Source: Promethearchaeota archaeon | Lineage (GTDB): Archaea > Asgardarchaeota > Lokiarchaeia > Sigyniarchaeales > SOKP01 | Direction: 5' to 3' | Length of the DNA stretch: 45,341 bases | Assembly (NCBI GenBank): GCA_018238625.1 | Contig: JABCSY010000022.1 | Span: 1-45,341 of the forward strand | Part shown: positions 9,946 through 19,920 of the stretch, piece by piece | Layout: the number at the start of each line of letters is the position of its first letter | How positions within the stretch are numbered: position 1 is the stretch's first letter | Translations under genes and position numbers: made by a program | The notes under the pieces: model-generated | The model's input: only the letters and a program-made list of their open reading frames with translations | What the model was told of the DNA's origin: nothing | The model's database searches: none

Positions 9946-11376
9946 TTATTTCTTCTTTCTGCCTTTAGGCTCAATTTTCTTGATTATTATTGACTCGGCG
10001 TGCACTTTACAGTTCTTTAAGATGATTTTGAACCCACCTGCGCCACCTACTCCCGGAATAGTCATCCCAACAGTCCCCATTGGCACCATCGCACCTTCTG
10101 CTTCCCATTCTTCTTCTTCTTCTTCTTCCGCTAACGCCTCTGCCCATGTTGCGACTATGGGATGGTCAACATCCTGTAACCATTGCTTTAGTGCGTTAAT
10201 ATCGGTAACGTCTTCTTCAGTTGCGATTTTAGGCAAAAGGTCTTTCGGAAGGAACTCGCTGATGCGGTCTTTAACTCCCTTGTTCATCCATACGACGGTT
10301 TCAATTCCGCTATTTAATCCTTGTGTTTTTCCGTCATATTGTTGATATTTCGGTGATACGATGTACTGAATGCTGATACCGTTAAAACCGGGCATCTGCT
10401 TGCCTCCTCCAGTCTGATTCGCCATTGCACTGAACGGAAGTCCGTTAATTGCTACATCGCCGTAGTTTCGATCTACAATTCCGTGTCCGTTTACTTCAGG
10501 GATGTAAAAATCGATAGCTTCGAAACAACCGCACGATGTATGTGGGAATTCCATGCCTGAAAATAGATAGATTCTATCAATTTCTCCTAACGAGCGTTTC
10601 TTGATCATCTCATTTATACCAGTATATTCGCCAGCAAGTTCGTGTAAGCATTCGCCTGGGGGAATCTCGAATAAAGGACCCTTAGGATCGACTTTTGCAG
10701 CTGCTCTTGCATCGAACCAATTAATTGAGCCGCATAAACTTGTTCGGTCAGGTGTAATGCAACACGCGTGAGTTGGTGCGAAAGATTGGCATAATACACA
10801 TCCGTAAAACATGTCTACATCTTCGTCGTGGATTGTTCTGGCTCTCTCGTCTCTCTTCTCGTAAATTCCGACTGCTATCTCATAAGGTTTTTCAATTTCT
10901 TTTTCATTTGTATAAAAAGTGACTTGAGCTTGTTTGATGATCGGTAGTTCAGCTTTGTATAGTCTAATAAGAACTTTTCCCAGTAGTTCAAACGAATTGA
11001 AGCCCTTTTCCACTGCTGTCTTAGAAATCCGCATCCAGTTAGTGTAGCGTTGGTTAAGGTGCATAATTCCGTTTACGAAATTACAGAATTCGTGAACACG
11101 TCTTTCGAAAACGGCTTCTAAATCAACTTCTAATTCTGGTCCAGCGACCTCTACTAATATTCCGATTGGATGGGTTGATCCTTCTTCCATGTCTTTTAAA
11201 TCGATTCCGTGGATTATTACTTGACCATCTTTAATCTCTTTTTTAGAAATCACTCTGCAAAGTTCAAAGTGTTTTTCCATTTTGGGCCCGCCTAATTCGA
11301 CATACATTTGTTTTGCCCTAATACGTTCACCTTCGTATACGGGTCCAATTGAAACAGGAATATCTTCAAAACTCAT
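9946..11376 (-). CDS. cdhC: CO dehydrogenase/acetyl-CoA synthase complex beta subunit (archaeal ACS)
   Basis: GPVYEGERIR, YVELGGPK, HLNQR, GCVLCQSFAPTH, CGSINW and HTSCGCFE (A-cluster ligands); acidic/Gly linker and KIILKN..IIIK tail. Confidence 0.95.
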   Translation of the reverse strand: MSFEDIPVSIGPVYEGERIRAKQMYVELGGPKMEKHFELCRVISKKEIKDGQVIIHGIDLKDMEEGSTHPIGILVEVAGPELEVDLEAVFERRVHEFCNFVNGIMHLNQRYTNWMRISKTAVEKGFNSFELLGKVLIRLYKAELPIIKQAQVTFYTNEKEIEKPYEIAVGIYEKRDERARTIHDEDVDMFYGCVLCQSFAPTHACCITPDRTSLCGSINWFDARAAAKVDPKGPLFEIPPGECLHELAGEYTGINEMIKKRSLGEIDRIYLFSGMEFPHTSCGCFEAIDFYIPEVNGHGIVDRNYGDVAINGLPFSAMANQTGGGKQMPGFNGISIQYIVSPKYQQYDGKTQGLNSGIETVVWMNKGVKDRISEFLPKDLLPKIATEEDVTDINALKQWLQDVDHPIVATWAEALAEEEEEEEWEAEGAMVPMGTVGMTIPGVGGAGGFKIILKNCKVHAESIIIKKIEPKGRKKK

Positions 11377-11415
11377 ATTGTAATTCTCCTTTTAGTATTT
11401 TTCCTTTTTTAATTT

Positions 11416-11946
11416 TTATAAATTTTCAATTAATTTTTCTAAAAATTCTTTCCAATCGTTATCGCTAAAATTCGGAAGACTAAATCGAGCGTTAGGATGT
11501 GAATATTTATCCAGTTCAACGGTTCGCAAGTGATTTTGAAAGTTCTTCAGTCGACTTAAAGTCTGACTTACGTAGTAGACAATATGTCCACCAAAAATAG
11601 CCATTCTATATTGTCCTTTGCCATCTAAACCTTTCCAATCTTTATCTACTAGTCTACCGGTAATATTAATTAACGACATATCCCATAATTTATCGTCTGG
11701 AATTTTGCCTTTTACGTACTTATATGTATGACCCGTAGTAAGGACGTGACAATCTAGTTTGTTAGCTATTTCAATAAAATAGTCAGCAACTTTTTTTCCA
11801 TCAAGTTCCCAAGTTAAAGACTCCGAGCCTATGACAAAAAGTTTCTTTTTATCGTCCTTTAAGAAGTTTGCCATGACTTTAGGATCAAAAACGGTCGTAC
11901 CCATCTCAGGTCCGGGGATATTTGCTTTTTGATATGGTCTTGTCAT
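11416..11946 (-). CDS. cdhB: CO dehydrogenase/acetyl-CoA synthase complex epsilon subunit
   Basis: PYQKANIPGP, WKGLDGKGQY, YYVSQTLSRLKNF and HPNARFSLPN; start moved to ATG 11946 (MTRPYQ), upstream of cdhC. Confidence 0.9.
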   Translation of the reverse strand: MTRPYQKANIPGPEMGTTVFDPKVMANFLKDDKKKLFVIGSESLTWELDGKKVADYFIEIANKLDCHVLTTGHTYKYVKGKIPDDKLWDMSLINITGRLVDKDWKGLDGKGQYRMAIFGGHIVYYVSQTLSRLKNFQNHLRTVELDKYSHPNARFSLPNFSDNDWKEFLEKLIENL

Positions 11947-12099
11947 ATTTACATCAATTTCCTCTGTTAAAGATTTTAGCTGTAAGTTTAAAATAATTAC
12001 TATATTTTTATTTATTAAGCCTATTTTAAAAAAGTTGGTTTTATTTAAATTGACCAAATTTATATGTATTAACATTAGAATTAAAGTGGAATATTAGAT

Positions 12100-12399
12100 A
12101 TGTGCGAGTTTAAGATAATAAAGAAAAACGATGGCTCCCAAATGTTAGAAGATATTGTAATTTTATCATATACCGAAGATAGTGAATTATTATTCAAAGA
12201 TGTGATTGGAATGGGGGAAATATTAGAGTCAGCCCTCATTTTAGATGTTAACACGTTAAATCAAACTTGTGTTGTACTGGAACATCCTCTTATTAGGGGT
12301 TTTGTTGACATAATTCAAAAAGTTAATGATAAAACAATCTCCAAATCCGAAATTGAGAGTTTTGAAAAACAATTAGGCGCTCTCAAAAAGAACCTTTAA
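12100..12399 (+). CDS. cooT: CooT-family nickel chaperone with C-terminal extension
   Basis: MCEFK start (Cys2), LEDIV and DVIG.GE motifs; divergent from cdhB. Confidence 0.7.
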   Translation: MCEFKIIKKNDGSQMLEDIVILSYTEDSELLFKDVIGMGEILESALILDVNTLNQTCVVLEHPLIRGFVDIIQKVNDKTISKSEIESFEKQLGALKKNL

Positions 12400-12400
12400 G

Positions 12401-12436
12401 TAGTACTGACGTTCTCACACGCGTTAATTTTTTATT
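12401..12436 (+). repeat. 36-bp direct repeat, copy 1
   Basis: tagtactgacgttctcacacgcgttaattttttatt; 35/36 identical to 14975-15010. Confidence 0.95.
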
Positions 12437-14514
12437 TAATTTTGATCTTTTGCTATAGCAATATTTTCTAATTTCTTTGAAATAGTAAATAAAAAAGTTG
12501 TACCCGAGCCTAATACACTACAGAATTCGATTTGTCCTCCATGTAATTCCACTAACCTTTTTGTTAAAGATAATCCTAATCCACTACCCGGTACTGAACG
12601 CACATAAGGAGAATCAATCCTCATAAATTCCTTGAATATCAGTGGATAATCTTTTTTAGCTATACCAATACCCGTATCTCTTAATATAAATTGCCAGCTG
12701 TTATCATTTTCTTTTATAGTGAGGACTATCTTTCCGACAATGGTATATTTTATCGCATTACTTAAAAGATTTAATAATATTTCTTTGAGTCTTATTAGAT
12801 CAGCATAAATCCTTTTTTCCTCATCCAAACCCTTTACAACAAATTTCAGATTTTTTTTATTATACATTGGTCTTAGACTTGACCTTAGCTGGCCAACCAT
12901 TAAATTTAATGAAAAATTTTGAATATTTAATGTTATTTGGCCAGATTCGATTTTAGATATATCCAAAATATGCTTTATCATGTCAAATTGATGCTCTGCA
13001 GATTCTTTAATATCTACTATGAATTCTTTTTGCTCTCTATTTAATAATCCATTTTTTTCCTCTAAAAGTAAATCTGAAAACCCTAAAATTGCATTTAAAG
13101 GTGTTCTTAACTCATGTGACATAGTTGATAAAAATTTTGTTTTAAAATAAGATGTTTTTAAAATTTGATCTAAATATAATTGCTGCTTTTCATTTGCTAG
13201 TTTTAATTCTTGTGTTCTCAAATCCACTTCTTTTTTCAATTCTTGATTAAAGGCTTGCCTTAGAAGTTCTGCTTTCTTTCTTTCAGTAATATCACGCAAA
13301 ATTCCTCTAAATCCTATAATTTTACTTTCTGCATCATAACATAAATAAACAGAGGATTCTAAATGTGTTATTTCACCATCGTTTGTTTTCTGTTCAAATT
13401 CAAATATCCTATCTCCTTCTCCTTTCCGATATAATTCATTCAATATATTGAAAATTTTTAATTTTGCTATCTCATCACATAATATTTGATAATTTGAATT
13501 TATTAGAGTCTTTCTGGAATATCTGGTAATATTACAAATAGAACTATTTAAAAAGGTGAAATTTCCATCTAAATCAATCTCAAAATATCCTTCCTTTATG
13601 TTTTCAAGAATATTGCGATAATTTTTTTCAGATTTTTTTAGTTGATATTCTGCTAATTTCTTCTCTGAAACATCCTCAAAAGTTACTAATAAACCCACAA
13701 CATTTCCTTCTGAATTGAATAGGGGAATTCTATTGACATCCACCCAAAATTCTTTCCCGCTTTTTAATTTCCAATATTCAATAATGTGATATTGTGCTTT
13801 CTTGAGTTTCAATACTTCCGTTTCATTTTTCAGAATGAAATCCAATTGATCTTTTTCCCAAAGCGAATTGTTGTCATTTTTAGCTACAATACTTCCAGGA
13901 GATTTAATATTAATCAAATTGGCATAATTTTTATTACAACCAAAATAGTTTAAATTCATGTCTTTCCAGTATATAAATTGAGGAATGTTTTCCATAATCA
14001 TATTTAGCATTTGAATGGAGTTCTGCAACGCATCTTCATGTTTTTTAGGTGTGAATAAATTCCAAAAACGAATTTCTGGAATCGTATTAGTAATCTTTTG
14101 AAATTTTTCTTCATTAAGTTTGAATTTTTCTTCTAATTTCTTTTGTAACGAAGTGTCTCTTAGGATACATACAATTTTATCTTTGCTTATTCTTTTTAAT
14201 TCCATTTCAATCCAAAATGGATTTCTATTAATCCCTAGCAATCTTAATTTTTGTTTCTTATTACTTTTTTCTAGAACCTTTTTTAGACTTTTGGTAAATA
14301 TCTTTTTATCTTTAGGATGAATTAGCCTCAAAAAAGATTTTCCTATGATGTTGTTATATGAAAACCCTAATCTATCTAAAAATAGATTTTGGTTGATATA
14401 TTCTAATTCAAATTCCTTTTTGGGATTTAGAACTACAATTAGTTCATCTAGTATATTCAGAATTTTGGGAAAATATAAACTGAAATTTTTAAAAAACTCT
14501 TGATTGGGATACAT
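12436..14514 (-). CDS. Multi-PAS sensor histidine kinase (orphan)
   Basis: About three PAS repeats; H-box SHELRTPLNAILGFS, N-box NLLSNAIKYT, DTGIGI and GSGLGL. Confidence 0.93.
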   Translation of the reverse strand: MYPNQEFFKNFSLYFPKILNILDELIVVLNPKKEFELEYINQNLFLDRLGFSYNNIIGKSFLRLIHPKDKKIFTKSLKKVLEKSNKKQKLRLLGINRNPFWIEMELKRISKDKIVCILRDTSLQKKLEEKFKLNEEKFQKITNTIPEIRFWNLFTPKKHEDALQNSIQMLNMIMENIPQFIYWKDMNLNYFGCNKNYANLINIKSPGSIVAKNDNNSLWEKDQLDFILKNETEVLKLKKAQYHIIEYWKLKSGKEFWVDVNRIPLFNSEGNVVGLLVTFEDVSEKKLAEYQLKKSEKNYRNILENIKEGYFEIDLDGNFTFLNSSICNITRYSRKTLINSNYQILCDEIAKLKIFNILNELYRKGEGDRIFEFEQKTNDGEITHLESSVYLCYDAESKIIGFRGILRDITERKKAELLRQAFNQELKKEVDLRTQELKLANEKQQLYLDQILKTSYFKTKFLSTMSHELRTPLNAILGFSDLLLEEKNGLLNREQKEFIVDIKESAEHQFDMIKHILDISKIESGQITLNIQNFSLNLMVGQLRSSLRPMYNKKNLKFVVKGLDEEKRIYADLIRLKEILLNLLSNAIKYTIVGKIVLTIKENDNSWQFILRDTGIGIAKKDYPLIFKEFMRIDSPYVRSVPGSGLGLSLTKRLVELHGGQIEFCSVLGSGTTFLFTISKKLENIAIAKDQN

Positions 14515-14974
14515 AAATACTTCTTAAAGATGTGGATTTTTATTTCTAACCTGATCTTAGCTTTAGACCAAAAATAATATAAAATTACATCTATTTATAT
14601 TTTCTTTATTCAAATTTCCATAAATCTAATGAATTGATGATTTCTATTATTAAAAAACTCCTCATGTCAAAAAATAATTAAAGTTCTAGTATTTTTAAAG
14701 TCTAATCTTACTTTAAAATTATATAACATTTATATCGACAAAATTTCGGACTTTTTACACAAAATTATAAATCCTAAGCTAATTTTGAGCTGAATTATCT
14801 GTATCATCCACTGTTTTTAATATATAAGGTTATGAACCGCGTGATAATAGTTAAATTACTAAAACATATGCGGTTATGAATTCATAGACATTTAATTAAA
14901 AAACTTAACAAGAAGTTCATGTTATATGAAGGAAAAGGACTTAAAACTTGCGAAATTATTTATGTAGTTAAAAT

Positions 14975-15010
14975 TAGTACTGACGTTCCCACACGCGTTA
15001 ATTTTTTATT
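14975..15010 (+). repeat. 36-bp direct repeat, copy 2
   Basis: tagtactgacgttcccacacgcgttaattttttatt. Confidence 0.95.
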
Positions 15011-15026
15011 CAGTGAATCTTCTTAT

Positions 15027-15899
15027 ATGAGTATGGAAGCAAGATTTTACGAAGAAGTAGATGATTTTTATGACATTGCATATCCTTTTTTGTTAGCGCG
15101 AGAGGCTGAAAACAACCTCCTTTTAAAAATTCTTATTTCTCTTAAAGAAAAAGTTCACGATATTGGAAAGGAGAGACCACTTTTGTTGTCATTAACGGAC
15201 CACGACGATGTAAAACTAATAGCTTTAAGAACTCCTCCACACGATCTCCTAATTTCTTATACGGATAATTTAGATACTATCGATGTGTTAGTGGAAGAAA
15301 TTACCAAACGAAACGAGAAACTACCTGGCGTACTGAGTTTTAAAGAGGCGGCAGACAAATTTGCTGAGTTATGGTGTGAACAAAATTCATTAAAACCTAA
15401 TTTATTGAGGAAAGAAAGGATTTATAAATTAGAAGAAGTCTCCAAAGATACAATTGGCACTAAGAAGTTTTCTGTTGCGTCAAAAACTCATCAGATAACA
15501 GTACTTAAATGGGCAGGGGAGATGCTTAAAGAAGCTTTAGTAGATGCAACAGAAGAAGATATTGAACAAACGGTTAATCAATTGAAAGAAGAATTTGAAG
15601 AGAATAAAAGTAAAATGTTTCTATTATTTGACAATAACGAGCCCGTTTCAATGGTGAGAAAATCAGGAAAAACTCCAAATGGGAATTTTGTTAACTTCGT
15701 TTACACGCCACCGTCCTTAAGGAGAAAAGGATACGCAACTGAGTGTGTTGCAAAATTAAGCAAGCAACTTATAGAAGAAGGAAATAAGTACTGTTTCTTG
15801 TTTACGGATTTAAGTAATCCAACTTCAAATAGTATTTATCAAAAAATAGGTTATAGACCTGTTATTGACGAAAATCACTATAAATTTTTAATAAAATAG
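15027..15899 (+). CDS. GNAT-family N-acetyltransferase
   Basis: VYTPPSLRRKGYA and LFTDLSNPTSNSIYQKIGY; start moved to ATG 15027/15033 because the longer ORF runs through the repeat. Confidence 0.88.
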   Translation: MSMEARFYEEVDDFYDIAYPFLLAREAENNLLLKILISLKEKVHDIGKERPLLLSLTDHDDVKLIALRTPPHDLLISYTDNLDTIDVLVEEITKRNEKLPGVLSFKEAADKFAELWCEQNSLKPNLLRKERIYKLEEVSKDTIGTKKFSVASKTHQITVLKWAGEMLKEALVDATEEDIEQTVNQLKEEFEENKSKMFLLFDNNEPVSMVRKSGKTPNGNFVNFVYTPPSLRRKGYATECVAKLSKQLIEEGNKYCFLFTDLSNPTSNSIYQKIGYRPVIDENHYKFLIK

Positions 15900-15928
15900 T
15901 ATTTTTAATTAGGTAACATTTTTTCGCC

Positions 15929-16705
15929 CTATTCAAATTTCTTTTGAAGATCTAAGATAAATTTTTTTTTATCTTCGTGTTCGTACCATCCAGAAGCAAT
16001 TTTTTCTATTTCATATGCATCCTGATAAGATTTATCAAGGAAGTGATTGCTGCATAGTTTAATCGCGTTCAATACAGTTTGATTTTTTGAAAAGAGAAAA
16101 CCTGCTTTTTTCATAGATTCTTCAATTAATTCCTCTCTACTACTTACAATCCCATCAATTAACCCAATTTCTAGAGCTTTTTCCGCGCTTACTTTTTCGC
16201 CAAACATAAGCATCTTTTTCGTCCATGGAATTCCAATAATTTTTGAAAATAGAACTACACAACCAGTGCCAGGGAAGATTCCAGAGCGTATTTCTGGCAT
16301 TTGAAAAAAACTATCTTTAACGGCGATTCGATAATCGCAACATATTGTGAACACAACGCCTTCGCCCATCGTTCTACCATTTATAGCACAAATAACCGGT
16401 TTTCCGTTAAATAATAATTTACAAATATCTGCAGCAGTACCTTCGAGATCTCTAACAGCAGCATGATCGCTACCATCAATAACATCTAAGTCCATTCCTG
16501 TGCTGAACGAAGAGCCGTTATTTGTTAAAATTAAACCTCTTATTTTATCGTTGTTTTGGCAGTATTCAATCGCTTTTTTTAAATATCTTAATTGATCAAT
16601 AGAAAAAGCGTTCGACCGATGAACTCTATTGAGCGTAATCGTGCCAAACCTTTTTTTTACAGAAAACTCAATATACTCTCCAAAATCTAAATTATTTATA
16701 GACAT
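15929..16705 (-). CDS. Enoyl-CoA hydratase/isomerase family protein
   Basis: ITLNR, FSTGMDL, KPVICAINGRTMGEG, CDYRIA, MPEIRSGIFPG and ALEIGLID. Confidence 0.9.
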   Translation of the reverse strand: MSINNLDFGEYIEFSVKKRFGTITLNRVHRSNAFSIDQLRYLKKAIEYCQNNDKIRGLILTNNGSSFSTGMDLDVIDGSDHAAVRDLEGTAADICKLLFNGKPVICAINGRTMGEGVVFTICCDYRIAVKDSFFQMPEIRSGIFPGTGCVVLFSKIIGIPWTKKMLMFGEKVSAEKALEIGLIDGIVSSREELIEESMKKAGFLFSKNQTVLNAIKLCSNHFLDKSYQDAYEIEKIASGWYEHEDKKKFILDLQKKFE

Positions 16706-16796
16706 AATTAAAATTTGTTTTCTTTCAATAAAAAGTAATTATTATTAAAAATCCCCTCTAACTAATAATAAGAATAATTTTAAATAGCTGAAGAAA

Positions 16797-17738
16797 ATGG
16801 AACTTGATAAAATAAAGCGCATATTGGTTGTAGGTGCTGGCACGATGGGACACGCCATTGCGCAAGTTTATGCTACTGCCGGGTTTGAAGTAGATCTTGT
16901 AGATTTAAATCAAGAGGTTCTTGATAATGCCTTGACTAAGATTAAATCAAACCTATCTTTGTTGGTAGAGTATAAGCATGTAATAAGTGGTGAAACTTCA
17001 AATATTTTAAGTCGGATCCATCCATCTACCGATTTAAAAGTTGCTGCCCAAAATTGCGATTTAGTTTTAGAAGCAGTTTCTGAAGATCGTGATGTAAAAC
17101 GAGATGTTTTCTCTCAATTAGATGAATTCTGCTCTGAAGATATTATTTTAGCAAGCAATACTTCCGAATTAAATATATTCAACGTCGCAAAAGTTAAAAA
17201 TCCGAAACGCTTAGTAATCCACCATTGGTTTCATCCGCCATACATTATTCCTTTAGTTGAAATAGTAGCTGGGCGTAAAACTTCTTCTGAAGTCATCGAT
17301 ATTTCGTTTAAATTATTAGAAAAAATTGGCAAAAAACCTTTAATCTTGAAAAAGTTCACGAATGCTTTTGTTGTCAATAAAATCCAGCAAGCAATTAATT
17401 CTGCGGTCTTTGCTCTTTTAATAAAAGGCATAGCTTCTCCAGAAGAAATTGACATGGCGATTAAGAACACTTTAGGCGTACGTTTACCGTTTGCTGGAGT
17501 AGCACAAAATCTTGATTTTGTAGGACTCGATGTTGTATACGATATTATCAAGAATATGGGCATGGATCTCGTGTTCCTTAGAGATAAAGTGAATAATGGG
17601 CAATTAGGTGCAAAAACATCAATAGGTTTTTACGATTACCAAGGTCGAACTGAAGAAGAAATCCTTACTAAGAGGGATAAACTTTACTTACAAATGCTCG
17701 ATTTTCTTAAACAAAAGAACGCATTTGAACCAATTTAA
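16797..17738 (+). CDS. 3-hydroxyacyl-CoA dehydrogenase
   Basis: VVGAGTMG Rossmann motif, EAVSE, ASNTS, HWFHPP..PLVE, FVVNKI and GAKTSIGFYDY. Confidence 0.92.
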   Translation: MELDKIKRILVVGAGTMGHAIAQVYATAGFEVDLVDLNQEVLDNALTKIKSNLSLLVEYKHVISGETSNILSRIHPSTDLKVAAQNCDLVLEAVSEDRDVKRDVFSQLDEFCSEDIILASNTSELNIFNVAKVKNPKRLVIHHWFHPPYIIPLVEIVAGRKTSSEVIDISFKLLEKIGKKPLILKKFTNAFVVNKIQQAINSAVFALLIKGIASPEEIDMAIKNTLGVRLPFAGVAQNLDFVGLDVVYDIIKNMGMDLVFLRDKVNNGQLGAKTSIGFYDYQGRTEEEILTKRDKLYLQMLDFLKQKNAFEPI

Positions 17739-17802
17739 AGAAAAACAATAATTTTCACTATTAATAAAAAAATTATAACATTGAAATTGTAATGAATTTA
17801 AA

Positions 17803-19920
17803 ATGCCCAAAACACTAGATGCATTTACCGAGGATAAAATTACCAATTTAATTAGAAAGAGAGATTTAAAAAGATCTTCAAATCTGAAAAGAGAGTTCAA
17901 CGAAATCAATCAACATCTTTATGCAAAATTAAAACACACGGAAACTGATACAAGAGCTCGATCAAAAGAAATTTTAAAACTCATTTTATGTAAGTTAGTT
18001 GATGAAATAAGTAATTCTTTACCTGATTCTATCATGTCGTTTAGCATTGGGCAGGACGAAACAGAGAAAGAATTATTCGATCGACTTCAGAAATTCTTTA
18101 AGGAGAATCTAAAAGATAAATATAAGAACCTCATTGAGAAAAATGAAAGTATCAATTTAAATAAAGAGCTGGTCTTCTTAATTGTTGAAAAATTACAAGG
18201 AATATCTCTTCTTGAATCTTCTAAAGATGTTTTGGCTGATACATTTGAGATATTTGTAAGTAGACTAATAAAAGAAGAAGGAGGGCAATTTTTTACTCCC
18301 GCGAGTATAATTAAATTTATGGTGAGCTATTTAAATCCCGAGATCGAATCTAAGGTTATAGATCCTGCGTGTGGGCATGGTGGTTTTCTATTAGAATGCA
18401 AAGACCTCTTATGGTTAAAAATTGAACAGAAATACGGAGCTCAAATAGATATTTTAAAAAAAAAGAAAAATGAAATAATATCTAATCTCTATGGAATTGA
18501 TAAAGATTCTTATTTAGCAAAATTATGTGAATTATATCTAAATATTATCAGTCAGGGCAATTCCAATATATTTTGCGAAGATTCTTTGGATCCAAGTAAT
18601 TACCAAGAAAAAACAAAAGAAATCGTAAAAAATGACTATTTTGATTATGTGTTTACAAATCCACCATTTGGAGCTAAAATTCCAATAGACATAAAAGAGA
18701 TTTTAACTTATTTCGACTTAGCTCATAAATGGGATTTTAAAAATAATATATGGGATAAGCAAAATAGGTTAGTTAAAAAACAACCACCTCAGATTCTATT
18801 TATAGAAAGATGTGTACAACTATTAAGAGACCATGGAAAATTAGGAATTGTTTTACCAGAAGGTCTTTTTGGAAATCCTTCAAATAGATATATCTGGGCG
18901 TATTTACGGAGTAAAGGCAAGATATTAGGAATAATTAGTTTAGATCAGAACACATTTATGCCTTATACTTGCAATAAAACTAGTATTCTATTCTTTCAAA
19001 AATTAAAAAATATTCCCCAGAATTATAATATTGATTTTGGAATTGTTGACAATGTTGGTCACGATAAAGATGGAAAAGTTTTGTATAAATTAAATAAGGA
19101 TGGAAGTATAAAATACGATAAAAATAAAAATCCGATTGTCAATAATGAATTAATTAATTTACACCTTAAAATTAATGAAAGTGCTGAATTCAGCTACTTA
19201 GAAGCCCAAAAAGTTTTCAAATTAAGTTTAAATCAGATAAAAAGCAATATATTCATACCTAACTATTACACAGGCGTAGAAAAAACTCTAAAATCTTTAG
19301 AAAATAATAAAGACTTTCAATTAGTTTCTATAGGTGATTTAGTAAAAAACAGACTAATCTACACAAAGAATAAAGGATATTTGCCAAGAGGGGCCGAAAT
19401 AGGTTCACATGTTTATGGTTTAGGCGATATTCCGTTTATCCGTACTAGCGAAATTAATAATTGGGAAGTCGATCTAAATTCGCATAAAAAAACTTCCAAC
19501 GAAGTATACGACCAATTTAAAGAAAAACAGAATATTGAAATTGGAGACATTCTTTTAGTAAAGGATGGTGGCCCAAATCTAATTGGAAATACGGCATTTA
19601 TTACTGAGTTAGATACAAGAATTATTATCCAGAGTCACATATTTCAGATAAAAACTCTTAAAAATAAAGAGAATATTGATTCATACCTTTTATTATACCT
19701 TCTAAATCTAGACATAGTTCAAAAGCAAATAAAAGCAATAACCTTCGTTCAAGGCACTATTGCTACAATAGGTAATAGAATAATGGATTTAATTTTACCC
19801 ATTCCATCTGAGATTAATAAAAGAAAGGAAATCTCAAAATATATTAAAGAAATTATTGATAATAAAACAGAAATAAGAAAGAAAATTAATAAACTCTCTA
19901 TTAACTATTTCAGTGATTAA
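17803..19920 (+). CDS. N6-adenine DNA methyltransferase (HsdM-like) fused to a C-terminal target-recognition (HsdS-like) domain
   Basis: GQFFTP, DPACGHGGFL, NPPF, LFIERC and GIVLPEG motifs; C-terminal IPFIRTSEI, GDILLVKDG..IGNTA and LPIP typical of type I TRDs. Confidence 0.88.
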   Translation: MPKTLDAFTEDKITNLIRKRDLKRSSNLKREFNEINQHLYAKLKHTETDTRARSKEILKLILCKLVDEISNSLPDSIMSFSIGQDETEKELFDRLQKFFKENLKDKYKNLIEKNESINLNKELVFLIVEKLQGISLLESSKDVLADTFEIFVSRLIKEEGGQFFTPASIIKFMVSYLNPEIESKVIDPACGHGGFLLECKDLLWLKIEQKYGAQIDILKKKKNEIISNLYGIDKDSYLAKLCELYLNIISQGNSNIFCEDSLDPSNYQEKTKEIVKNDYFDYVFTNPPFGAKIPIDIKEILTYFDLAHKWDFKNNIWDKQNRLVKKQPPQILFIERCVQLLRDHGKLGIVLPEGLFGNPSNRYIWAYLRSKGKILGIISLDQNTFMPYTCNKTSILFFQKLKNIPQNYNIDFGIVDNVGHDKDGKVLYKLNKDGSIKYDKNKNPIVNNELINLHLKINESAEFSYLEAQKVFKLSLNQIKSNIFIPNYYTGVEKTLKSLENNKDFQLVSIGDLVKNRLIYTKNKGYLPRGAEIGSHVYGLGDIPFIRTSEINNWEVDLNSHKKTSNEVYDQFKEKQNIEIGDILLVKDGGPNLIGNTAFITELDTRIIIQSHIFQIKTLKNKENIDSYLLLYLLNLDIVQKQIKAITFVQGTIATIGNRIMDLILPIPSEINKRKEISKYIKEIIDNKTEIRKKINKLSINYFSD

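Noticed and set aside
10290-10340. 21-nt in-frame insertion in cdhC as a second BHB intron
   Set aside because: An 8-bp stem (UAUGACGG/CCGUCGUA) encloses it, but I could not form a 3-4-3 BHB at the needed junctions and it has no stop
11947-12075. Long N-terminal ORF extensions (cdhB to 12075; also GNAT 14919, cobD 30470, ATPase 43279)
   Set aside because: They run through promoters, repeats or neighbouring genes; family-like sequence begins at downstream ATGs
14826-14886. ggttatgaa pair and aaccgc/gcggtt inverted repeat as an IS end or operator
   Set aside because: Too short and imperfect in AT-rich DNA to support
12401-15010. 36-bp repeat as CRISPR repeat
   Set aside because: Only two copies 2.57 kb apart, with no spacer array or cas genes
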